A stretch of DNA of 64,000 bases from an uncultured virus (IMG/VR IMGVR_UViG_3300035428_000406) (Duplodnaviria; Heunggongvirae; Uroviricota; Caudoviricetes), in IMG/VR virus record IMGVR_UViG_3300035428_000406; one strand, 5' to 3'. The position numbers and the translations under genes are program-made. This document shows, one piece after another, positions 24,505-34,200 of this stretch; positions within the stretch are counted from its first letter, which is position 1; each line of letters opens with the position of its first letter. The notes below the pieces were generated by a model that did no database searches, had not been told where the DNA came from, and saw only the letters and a list, made by a program, of their open reading frames with translations.

Positions 24505-26613
24505 TTAAAATGTGGCCGCAGAAATAGGCTTACGGCGGCTGCGGTTAAATTTCTTTTGAACAGGTATAATCTTCGGCACGTCCATTTCATAGAAGCAGAT
24601 GTGCAGACCGATTGCTCGTGTCATCAGCAAGTCGTCATGCTTACCAACGATAGCACCGAAAGAGCCATTTTTACGCTTCTCATAGAAATTGTACTCGGCA
24701 AGACAACGCTCATCGCGCTCGACATACATAGCTTCTCTGATAACCTTAACGAGTGTTGAAATAATCATCGGCTTTGTTGACACATTGGTGTGGAAACCGT
24801 AGCGTTTGGGCGCGCCCTCGACAATAGCTTCCTCTGGTTGCTTGCGCTCATACAGGTTAGGATATACGTCCTTTACCTGATTGAGAATAAACTGTGATTG
24901 GTCGCCGTCAACGTCACGCTCCTTATCGTGTGTCTCAAGAGTATTGCTCTCAATAACGAGCAGAGAATTGTCGTAGTAGGCAGCTATCTGCGCCGCTTTC
25001 CATGCCAACAAGTCAATATCTATATGCCCGTACCATTGAGCCACAACGACAGGTTTGCCGCCCTCGGACATAAACAACCGGTCGAAAACAACGATAACAG
25101 ACCAGTCGGCCTTATGTGAACGACCGCCGACATCGACGACGGTAAGGTAGCGGTCAGTCACTCTTTCTTCCGGGTCAATTTCAGGCTGCGCCCATATCCA
25201 TAACAGCCCCTGCCGGTCCTCGCGGAAACGAAGATTTTGCAGAGCCTTTTTGCCCTCATCAAAGTCGGCATACACATCGCCGACTTGTAATGGCGGCTTA
25301 CAGGTTGCTTTAAGGGCCTCGACGCGATATTTGTCGAACACACGAGTGCCGGAGTGAACGAAAGCCTCAACATCATCAGACGGATATTCTGAAGCCATGA
25401 TAGCGTGTCCATTCGACTTGGCACGTTCACGGATATACCAATTTATCGCTTCAAGCGTTGCGCCTTTCTCCCACAGCCACCAAAGATAGCGACCACACTC
25501 CTCACGTTCCGATTCGGCGTTGCTATTTTCGCGGTTATCGTAAAGCCACCCGGCAAAGTCACGCCTTTGCCCGTCGTCGTCGAAGTCGAGTGAATATTGC
25601 TCAATATCAAACCACGAAACAAACATAGCTTCAAATTGAGACTTGCCAGTCTTTGCGGCATCGTATTCAATCTGAAAGAAGTTGCCCGTGCCATTGGCCG
25701 TAGACTCATACACAATCATGGTGTAAGGTTTATACAGCACACCCGAACATGCAGAGCGCACAATATCTTCAGGCGATTTCTTCTCGGTCTTTTCCCATAT
25801 ACCGACCTCGGAGCAGTGAACGAGGTTGTAGTCACCGCCACGACAGGAGTCAGGATTTTTGGCAGTACCAATCTTTATTTTGCAGTTACGCTGTGGCACT
25901 GAATGAATAAGACCCGACATACCGACACCGACAAGTTTAGGCTCGTTCTCGTCGTAGTCAGCACCTAACTTGTAGAGCATATCAACCGGGTATCGGTCGA
26001 GCATACGGTTAAACATGTCGCGAATTTCATCAGAGCCTGATGTTTGGTGGGCGATGATTAGAGAGTTGAGACCGACACGATGAACGAGCTGCAACCATGC
26101 CATATACAACTGCGACGTCGTAGAGCCACCCCACTGACGCGCTTTTAACAGGATAAGGCGTATCGGTTTACCGGCAATTCGCTTTTCCTCAAGTCGTTCG
26201 ACAAATCGACGCTGTGGTCTTGTCAAGCGAAACAGTACGTCCTCGCCGCCACCCTTATTCTTAATCCACACATAAGTAGCCGCCCAAAACGGGAAGTCAT
26301 GCCGAGAGCGTATGCGCACAAATTGTTCGACGACTTTAAGACGGTCAGCCTCATAATCTTCTTCGGCGTCATACTCCATGCCAAGCGTATCACACAGGAA
26401 CGCTTCAAGAGAGCCAGCGGCTATTAGCTGACGCACGAGCGGCACTTTGCTCATGGTATCAGGAAGCCATTGACGTTTAATCGGGAAGTCCTCAATCACA
26501 CACTCGAAGCGAGAGCCAACAGAGCCTTTGCCGGTTATAGGATTGAACGGAGCGTGAATTTCATCTAACCGCTCCTGATTTATTTTGAGAATTGCCGCTA
26601 CTTCTTTCTGCAT
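24505..26613 (-). CDS. terL: Terminase large subunit
   Basis: Walker A LLKARQWGGST, Walker B VHCSEVG, coupling motif YESTANG, nuclease VVDVGG and HDDLLM; start set at MQKEVAA. Confidence 0.9.
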   Translation of the reverse strand: MQKEVAAILKINQERLDEIHAPFNPITGKGSVGSRFECVIEDFPIKRQWLPDTMSKVPLVRQLIAAGSLEAFLCDTLGMEYDAEEDYEADRLKVVEQFVRIRSRHDFPFWAATYVWIKNKGGGEDVLFRLTRPQRRFVERLEEKRIAGKPIRLILLKARQWGGSTTSQLYMAWLQLVHRVGLNSLIIAHQTSGSDEIRDMFNRMLDRYPVDMLYKLGADYDENEPKLVGVGMSGLIHSVPQRNCKIKIGTAKNPDSCRGGDYNLVHCSEVGIWEKTEKKSPEDIVRSACSGVLYKPYTMIVYESTANGTGNFFQIEYDAAKTGKSQFEAMFVSWFDIEQYSLDFDDDGQRRDFAGWLYDNRENSNAESEREECGRYLWWLWEKGATLEAINWYIRERAKSNGHAIMASEYPSDDVEAFVHSGTRVFDKYRVEALKATCKPPLQVGDVYADFDEGKKALQNLRFREDRQGLLWIWAQPEIDPEERVTDRYLTVVDVGGRSHKADWSVIVVFDRLFMSEGGKPVVVAQWYGHIDIDLLAWKAAQIAAYYDNSLLVIESNTLETHDKERDVDGDQSQFILNQVKDVYPNLYERKQPEEAIVEGAPKRYGFHTNVSTKPMIISTLVKVIREAMYVERDERCLAEYNFYEKRKNGSFGAIVGKHDDLLMTRAIGLHICFYEMDVPKIIPVQKKFNRSRRKPISAATF

Positions 26614-27095
26614 GGTATCGGCATATTGATGAAGCCGACAATCAGTCCGGCCACATAACTGTAAAGATGAAGCCACCCATTTACGAGTGGGAACAAGAAA
26701 CCGACAGCGATATACAGGGCCATACACCCGTTGTAGTATAGTTTTCTCTTTACCTGAAAAGCAATTGAGCCAAGCAAAGCGAAGCAAACAGCAGACAGGC
26801 CGACCGTAGGCGTTGAGGATAGAACGAAGTCAGGAGCGGCCACGGCTATAAGATAAGCCGCTATTAACCGCCACCACAAAACATCGTATATAAACAGTAT
26901 CGAGATGAAGCACCAAGCATTTACTGCCGCGTGAAGAAATGAAGCGTGAAAAAACGAGTATCCAAGACGCTGCAAAATATCACAGCCGGTTGACACTCCT
27001 ACTACACTCCAATCAGGCACATAAATAAGTGAGGACAGCAAGATGAATACAACAATCAACAACCCCGTAGTTTTCTCGATTTTTCCGCAAACCAT
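26598..27095 (-). CDS. Rhomboid-family intramembrane serine protease
   Basis: Multiple TM segments; FFHASFLHAAVN (HxxxxHxxxN), GLSA catalytic Ser, WLHLYSYVAG catalytic His. Confidence 0.75.
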   Translation of the reverse strand: MVCGKIEKTTGLLIVVFILLSSLIYVPDWSVVGVSTGCDILQRLGYSFFHASFLHAAVNAWCFISILFIYDVLWWRLIAAYLIAVAAPDFVLSSTPTVGLSAVCFALLGSIAFQVKRKLYYNGCMALYIAVGFLFPLVNGWLHLYSYVAGLIVGFINMPIPCRKK

Positions 27096-27487
27096 TGTTT
27101 TCTCGCTTTTAAGATTAGTACACGCGCACTGCCAGGAGCCAAATAGAATTTAGGAGCGGGCTGTGCGATAACTGCTTCAATGAGCCGAGGTATAGACCAA
27201 TCAGTATTCTTGATACGCAAGGCCACGACACGACGATGTATCTCGAAAAACATCTCACGTTTATTTGGCCTCATATAATGTAGCTTATCGCCTCGCATGA
27301 TACTTGCCACCACGACAGCAGCGCGAGAAGCCGAGACCCAAAAACGAGCGGCCGGCATATCGACAACACTTTTGAATACATCAGGCATGGAAACGTGCTT
27401 ACACGTTTCCAAATATCGGAAATACGCCCTGAGTAAATCGCGCGTCCTTTCCCTGTGATATTCACTTTTGCTGCCAAAGTTTTTCAT
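27056..27487 (-). CDS. Hypothetical basic protein, possible transcription regulator
   Basis: 143 aa, Arg/Lys rich, helical; first gene of the terminase operon. Confidence 0.6.
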   Translation of the reverse strand: MKNFGSKSEYHRERTRDLLRAYFRYLETCKHVSMPDVFKSVVDMPAARFWVSASRAAVVVASIMRGDKLHYMRPNKREMFFEIHRRVVALRIKNTDWSIPRLIEAVIAQPAPKFYLAPGSARVLILKARKQWFAEKSRKLRGC

Positions 27488-27530
27488 TGATTGGGTTTAG
27501 AAGGCTCTTAAATTTGGTTTATTATACTTG

Positions 27531-27538
27531 CAAATTTA
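27531..27538 (-). promoter_or_regulatory. Bacteroidetes -7 element for regulator-rhomboid-terL operon
   Basis: TAAATTTG on minus strand, 44 nt upstream of ATG 27487; lacks the upstream late heptamer. Confidence 0.55.
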
Positions 27539-27553
27539 ATACACAAGTGGTAA

Positions 27554-27592
27554 AAGATAAAAGCTCGACTGTAATATTTGAGCGTATATTTG
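27554..27592 (+). promoter_or_regulatory. Putative late promoter for scaffold/capsid operon
   Basis: AAGATAA, 24 nt, TATATTTG. Confidence 0.7.
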
Positions 27593-27631
27593 CGCTATAA
27601 AAACATAGCAACAACTTATACCCAATCCATT

Positions 27632-28423
27632 ATGGCTGAAACCGAAACAGTTAAAAGCAAACGAGATTTGGCGTTGGAGCGTTTGAGGAGCAAGTATCCT
27701 GAAGAACAATTCGACGACGATGATCAGGTATTTGGTCGAATTAACGACGATTTCGCACAATTCGACAATGAACTTGCAGGCTATAAGGAGCGCGAGGGGA
27801 AATTCTCGGATATGTTTACTTCCGACCCACGTTCAGCTCGGCTGATGATGGGCTGGAAGAACGGAGACGACCCCGCCGTTGCCCTGATACGCCTGTATGG
27901 AGATGACATCAAAGATGCAATCGACGACCCCGAAAAACAGGAAGCTATCGCCGAGGCCAACAAGGAGTACATGGAACGCGTCGCCAAAGAAAAGCAATAC
28001 GAAGAAGAGTACACCGCCAACCTCGCCGAATCGCTGACACTGCTCGAAAAGGCTCAACAGGAACGTGGATTGAGCGACGAACAGATAGACGACGCTATGG
28101 CGTGGTTTATCGGCGTAGCAAAAGACGCAATGATGGGCAAGTTCTCACCTGAAACAATCGAAATGATTATCAAAGCGCAGAACTACGACAACGATGTTGC
28201 ACAGGCCGGAGAAGAAGGCGAGGTGCGAGGCAAGAACACCAAAGTCAAAGAGACCCTGCGCAAGCCTACCCGTGGCGACGGCACAGCCCAACTCGACGGC
28301 AAGAACGGCGGCGGCCGGCGCAGACAGTCCATGCCCGACATGGGAGCGATTGACCGCTATTCCGACGACAACTTGAACATCTTTGAACGTGGCGGCGAGA
28401 AGCGCACACCTATCAAACGATAA
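27632..28423 (+). CDS. Putative capsid scaffolding protein
   Basis: Acidic helical protein immediately upstream of the capsid gene; start MAETETVKSK. Confidence 0.6.
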   Translation: MAETETVKSKRDLALERLRSKYPEEQFDDDDQVFGRINDDFAQFDNELAGYKEREGKFSDMFTSDPRSARLMMGWKNGDDPAVALIRLYGDDIKDAIDDPEKQEAIAEANKEYMERVAKEKQYEEEYTANLAESLTLLEKAQQERGLSDEQIDDAMAWFIGVAKDAMMGKFSPETIEMIIKAQNYDNDVAQAGEEGEVRGKNTKVKETLRKPTRGDGTAQLDGKNGGGRRRQSMPDMGAIDRYSDDNLNIFERGGEKRTPIKR

Positions 28424-28462
28424 TTTAACCCAATATCAATAACCAATTTAATTATCAACTCA

Positions 28463-29899
28463 ATGGAAACAGTTAAAAAGACAACTCGTTTTCTGCTCAG
28501 TTTCATGCTGAGTATGATTGCTCTCGTCGCGGGGGCAAGTTCCGGGGTCTACATGGCCGCTGCAAGCGACCTCCCCGACGCAGGTAAGACAAATGCCGGA
28601 GCCGACGGCACAGGTGGTACTGACGGTATCGCGACCGAAACGCAGGGCCGCGCCGACGGCGACCCCAACTTCTACATGCAGGACATCGACAAGCGCATTA
28701 TCAAAATCCGTCCTATGGCTACGCCTATCGACCAAATTTCACGCTACGCCAAAGCCTCGTCCTGTTCGTCGTTTGAAGTCAAGTATTACAGCGTAGGCAC
28801 ACGCCCTATCTCGTGCAAGACCAGTTCCGCAGTCACCGCGCAGACAACAGGCGCGTCTATCACACTGCCCGTAGACGATGCCAACATGTTCACTCTCGAC
28901 GACACTATCCGCGTTGTCGGTGTGAAAGGCAAGTTTGACAATACCGGTGCTGCATATCCCACTGACAGCGACAACGTGCCTGACCTCGTGCTTTGTGTGT
29001 GCGGCAAGAGTTCAGACACCAATATGCCCACGGTTTATGCAGTCAACGGAAATAAGGACGCCACCACGGGATACGCTACTCTTGTACCTGCAATTCCCAG
29101 TGGTACGACCCTCGTGCGTATGGGTAAGGCTTGTGGCGAGCTTGACGTTCAGACCGGCCGTTTCAACAATATTCCCATGCCTGAAACCCAGTATTGCCAG
29201 AACTTCATGATACAGGTGGAGCAGTCCACTTTCGACAAAATTGCGGCCAAAGAAGTTAATTGGTCGTTCTCCGACATTGAGGAAGACGGCATCTATGATA
29301 TGCGACTCTCGCAGGAGAACACCTACCTGTTCGGCGTGAAGAATGTAATCAAGCACGTTGCCAAAGAGGGCATGAATACATGGTTTACAGGCGGTATTTG
29401 GTACATGGCAGGTAAGGACATCGAAGTAGGCGTATGGGATGAAAAGGCAGGTTGCGCAGTCATCACTGACGACAACCTTGTAGACATCACCAAAGACCTT
29501 TTCGTCGGCACAGGTATCGGCAATAAGCGCAAAATCCTGTTCTGTGGCTCCGATATGCTTTCGACTTTCTCGAAAATCAAGAGCGAGAAATTCCGCCTGA
29601 AAGACACCGTAGAGGTATGGAATCTGAAATTCAAGTCGTGGGACACAGACTTCGGCGAAGTTCTTACTATCCATCATGAGCTTTTCGATGCAAACGGTAT
29701 GAGCGACTGTGGCTTCGCCATGGACCCCGAATATCTCTCGAAGAAGACCCATGTATCGTGGGCGCGCAACGTTCTCGATCTGAAGACTGCCGGTATCCGC
29801 AACACCGACGCCGTGGTAATTCAGGAAGTCGCGTGCCTCTACCTGCGCTACGCAAAGGCGCACGCCCGTATGCGCCTCGCACAGAAGCCCACAGCGTAA
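28463..29899 (+). CDS. Major capsid protein (DUF5309/SU10-like) with hydrophobic N-terminal leader
   Basis: Position after scaffold and before a strong terminator; ETQYCQNF, ENTYLFG, WFTGGI motifs resemble HK97-fold MCPs of this type. Confidence 0.7.
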   Translation: METVKKTTRFLLSFMLSMIALVAGASSGVYMAAASDLPDAGKTNAGADGTGGTDGIATETQGRADGDPNFYMQDIDKRIIKIRPMATPIDQISRYAKASSCSSFEVKYYSVGTRPISCKTSSAVTAQTTGASITLPVDDANMFTLDDTIRVVGVKGKFDNTGAAYPTDSDNVPDLVLCVCGKSSDTNMPTVYAVNGNKDATTGYATLVPAIPSGTTLVRMGKACGELDVQTGRFNNIPMPETQYCQNFMIQVEQSTFDKIAAKEVNWSFSDIEEDGIYDMRLSQENTYLFGVKNVIKHVAKEGMNTWFTGGIWYMAGKDIEVGVWDEKAGCAVITDDNLVDITKDLFVGTGIGNKRKILFCGSDMLSTFSKIKSEKFRLKDTVEVWNLKFKSWDTDFGEVLTIHHELFDANGMSDCGFAMDPEYLSKKTHVSWARNVLDLKTAGIRNTDAVVIQEVACLYLRYAKAHARMRLAQKPTA

Positions 29900-29945
29900 A
29901 CGTACCCGGACATTTCAATATTCAGTAGTAGTTTTTCTCAATGAG

Positions 29946-29982
29946 AGGGGTGGACGGTTTAACCCAACCGCCTGCCCCTTTT
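29946..29982 (+). terminator. Intrinsic terminator after capsid gene
   Basis: AGGGGTGGACGGTT / AACCGCCTGCCCCT stem followed by T run. Confidence 0.7.
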
Positions 29983-30001
29983 ACTTTTCCAACCAATATC
30001 A

Positions 30002-30595
30002 ATGAAAAAATATATCGCCAAAACCAATGTCAGCATAAATGTTGTGCTGGCTTCAGGGGCAAACCGCCATGTCTCCTTCAGCTCACTCACAGGTGGCAGC
30101 AGTGTGTTCTACACCGACGACCCCGACCTCATTCAGGCAATGGAGCGACACTATAAGTTCGGCACACTCTTCCGTGTTGACACAGACTATGTCGCAGAAA
30201 AGCTGCGTAGCAAACCCGCCGCGAAGCCCAAGCCCATAATCATAGCCGAACAGCCGGCTGTCGCCGCCCCTGATACCGCTCCGTCACCAACTCCCACCGT
30301 CGAAGAAGTAGCCACTGCTCCCGAAGCACCAGAATCCGAAGATGCTGCTACCGAAAGCGAACAGCCCACGGCAGAAACCGACGACCAAGCCGAAGAAGAT
30401 AGCTCCGATGAAGTGACAGAAGAAACCGACGAAGAATCGGCAGAAAGCGAATACAAGACAATCGCTGTCTCTGACCCCGATTCGGCAAAATCTTATCTCG
30501 CTGAACACTTCGGCTACAGCCGTACCAAAATCAAAACCATCAAAGCGATTAAAGAAGCCGGTGCTGCTCACGGCATTGTCTTTGAGGGTATCTAA
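30002..30595 (+). CDS. Hypothetical protein with acidic Pro/Ala/Glu linker
   Basis: 197-aa ORF with A-rich start context. Confidence 0.7.
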   Translation: MKKYIAKTNVSINVVLASGANRHVSFSSLTGGSSVFYTDDPDLIQAMERHYKFGTLFRVDTDYVAEKLRSKPAAKPKPIIIAEQPAVAAPDTAPSPTPTVEEVATAPEAPESEDAATESEQPTAETDDQAEEDSSDEVTEETDEESAESEYKTIAVSDPDSAKSYLAEHFGYSRTKIKTIKAIKEAGAAHGIVFEGI

Positions 30596-30606
30596 ACCGC
30601 TCTGCC

Positions 30607-31242
30607 ATGATATACAAGTTGACCGAGATAGCGCGTGATGTTCGCATTGCCATAGACCAAAACATGACGAGTGAACAGCTATTAGCGACTGACGACATCG
30701 AAACGCTGTCGCTTGAGGACATCATACGCTCCAAAATCGTTGAGGCCGTGCGTCGCGTCGAAACCGCCGCCCCCGTCCATTTTTTGGAAGAGGGCCACGA
30801 CTTCGGCGACGCAGTGTATTGGGGCGACCTTGAAAGCGGTTGGGTTCTACTGCCCGACGACTTTATGCGCCTGATAGCATTCCGCATGAGCGATTGGGAG
30901 CGCACTGTCTATGCCGCTATCTCGGTTGATGATCCACTGTATGCAAAACAGTCTTCACGCTATAAGGGCATACGCGGCAACGTGCAGAAGCCAGTGTGTG
31001 CTGTCGTCAATCGAGCCGAGGGCAAGGCACTTGAATTCTATTCATGCAATAGCGAGGACGCATTTGTTTCGCGCGCTTCTTACCTACCATACCCTCACAT
31101 AGACGAGGACGACGGCATAGACATCAGCGAAAGGTGCTACACAGCGGTAGTTTATACCGTGGCAGCATTAGTATTAACCACCTACGGCGAAGCTGACAAA
31201 GCGTCGGCTCTAACCGAATTAGCTAAATCAATCTTACAGTAA
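30607..31242 (+). CDS. Putative head-tail adaptor/structural protein
   Basis: 211-aa ORF between capsid and adhesin genes; LPDDFMRL motif; function from position only. Confidence 0.5.
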   Translation: MIYKLTEIARDVRIAIDQNMTSEQLLATDDIETLSLEDIIRSKIVEAVRRVETAAPVHFLEEGHDFGDAVYWGDLESGWVLLPDDFMRLIAFRMSDWERTVYAAISVDDPLYAKQSSRYKGIRGNVQKPVCAVVNRAEGKALEFYSCNSEDAFVSRASYLPYPHIDEDDGIDISERCYTAVVYTVAALVLTTYGEADKASALTELAKSILQ

Positions 31243-34200
31243 TGAGTTCAATCCCAACAAAGCAAATAGACGGTGATGTTGCGGTAGGACGCAATGTCAG
31301 CGTAGGCGGTAAGGCTACCGTCCGGGGCTCTGCTACTATCGGCCATAACCTGAAAGTGGAAGGTTGGCTTGACGCGCCCAACGTGAAAGGCCCCAACAAG
31401 GGGCTATTCAAAACGGCGGTGCAACTGCGTGAAGCATATCCCAATCCGCATGAAGGTTGGTGGGCTTTAGTCGGTGACACTCTGCCCGCACAGGTCTACA
31501 TGGCCAACGGCGGTGCATGGGTAGGACAGACTAATGCCGACGGTACACCAAAACTCGCGGGCAATCCCACTGTGGACTCGTCGGAGTACATGGAAGCCGT
31601 CGAGGAAATGACAGAAGATCTTGAGGCCGTCAAAATCGAAGTCAACCAAAACAAAGAGGATATTCGCAATCTCCGCTCCGGCCAAACCACACAGGGAAAT
31701 CAAATCAACCTGTTGCAGACTGCTGTTGAAACGGCGCAGACACAGGCCAACAAAGGTGTTGCCAACGCTGCCACTGCACAAGCCGGTGTAAACGCCATAA
31801 ACAACAGCAAAGGCAAAGCCAACGGTTTTGCCCCGCTCGACGCTAACGCCAAAGTACCAGCGGCACATCTTCCGGGGTACGTTGATGATGTTGTCGAGTT
31901 CAACGCCTTTGTCGAGGGTGTGACTCCGCAGATGGCTTCAGCCAACAAAAATTCCACCGATGCCGGATGTATGGTGGTATATGATGTAAACTCAAACTGC
32001 TTTTTGCTTGCGGTATCTAACCGCAGCATTGCTTCCGAAACTGACTGGAATGTAGTCCTCAGACCACAGAGGCTTGCTTCAACTCCGTCCACGGCCGTTG
32101 ACAGCGAAGAAGCAACCAAGGTTCAAATTACGGACTATTGGAATATCAAAGATACCGGCATTACACTCATTCCCTCGGCTTTCACGTATTATAACAACTG
32201 GCTCGACGCAGAGGCGTTCGGCACCGTATCAACAAATGGCCGCATACCCGTGGCCGGTAAAATCTACACCTGCACATCGGTCAACACGACATCACGTTGG
32301 AGCGGGTCGGAACTTGTCAAGATAGGCTCTGACCTCGCTCTCGGTCACACTGCAGGGACCGCCTTCCCCGGTGATGAGGGTGCACAACTTCAGGAAAACG
32401 TCAAAAATCAGGAAGAAAACCTGCAATTAAACCGTCGCCGGATTGACAATATCAAAATCCTACCTTTTAACGGTATCTGGGACGGACAGGGGGCTGAGCC
32501 AACAAACGGAATTTTCCTTTGCCCCAGCCCTGACGGCGGTTGGTATTTCCGAGAGTTCGGCAACACCGGCTTCTATGACTTTCCAGAAGAAGACTACAAC
32601 TGCGACCTTCAAGCTAATTCCGGGACGCTATTTCGCCATGAAGATAGCCTATATCGTATCAAGCACGGCGAGATAGAGACATTTGTCACTGACAAAAATC
32701 TTAATGAAGCGACCGACAAAATAAAGAAGCCTCGTACATTCATCAACGCCAATCAGCTTCTCGACTACTCGGCCACCTACACTATCGGCGAAGTTTCCAA
32801 ACTTCTTGAAACGCAGTTCGGCAACCTATTCCACGTCCCCGGCATTGTAATCTCTTTCCGAGGCAAGAACAGTTGGGAGAGCAAGCAGTGGAACGGAGAC
32901 GACTCATTCACTGAAGATAGCGCATGGACCGACTTCGGGGTGAATGGCAACAACATCGGTAACACCGTTAACGTCAACGACGTTTGCGGAGATACTGAAT
33001 ACACTCTTAGTACGGCAATCAAGGCCGTACAGGATAAAGAGGCCGAGAGCGGAATCAAGTATTTCAAGAGTGGTGTGGTGCTGACCTACAAGACCGCAGA
33101 AAAGGATACCAAAGGCGCGCCCGTGTGGGAAGCCTATCAGTTTACCCGCGAAATAGCCGACATCAACCCTGCCGACCTTAAGCCGTGGATACCATTTGGC
33201 GGCGGTGGTAAATCGGAAATCGAGACGAAAGACGACCCTGCGGCCGGAGGTAAAGACGCATTTTCCACCGGCGGTGCATATAAGCATATCCCCCTCAAGT
33301 ACCGTGTGATACAGGACGACGGTACTGTAACCATTCAGCCGATGAATGAGGCCGGCGAAGATATAGGCGAATCCATTACTTTCTTTGCCTCTCAAGGCGG
33401 CGGTGGAGAAGTGTCGGGTACAATCGTTAATATCAAATTTCAAGAGTCGCCGCTTTACGGTGCTGTCGGGAAAGACATCATCGGCCATGCCTGTATCCGA
33501 TCGGTAACACAGTTAGGCGCGACCGAACAGCTCAACTCGATTGTATCGTTAAAGCTCATCGACCGAGACACCAACGTAGTAATACGCGAGTGGACAGTCA
33601 ACACACGCTCATCGGACGAGGACGAATACAATTTTGACATTCCTTTCTCCGGCCTGTTTGACGGTGCTGGTTCTCGCCGTTTCCGCTTGGAAGCTACCGA
33701 CGATACCGACCACACCGGCTACCGCTTCATAACGGTAACTGCCGTTGACGCTACTGTTGAAAGTACGCAGGTGCTTAACTACACATCTGACTATGTTATA
33801 CCCTACGGAAGCAATCGCACTGTAAATGTGCCTCTCTACAAATTTCCGCAGAACGTCAGCGAGAAAGGTATTCAGGCATTTATTGAAATATGGTGGAACG
33901 GAGAATGGCGTCCACTGACCGCCACGCCGCCCACACACTTCGACGCATACAGCAACAGTGCGCAGTTCAACCCTACCAACCTTTTCGGCGGTGGAGAGAA
34001 AATGCAGCATGGCGCATATCCCCTGCGCATACATGGCCGCGACGTGGCATCGGGCGTGACCGGCAACACAATCTATACCGCTGTTATGTGTATCGACCCC
34101 AACAGCAGTGTACCTGTTGTCGCCCTGCGATACAACGACACCGGCGACGGTACTGTCCGACTATACGACCGAATAAAGGTTGAGGTTGCCGCATACAACC

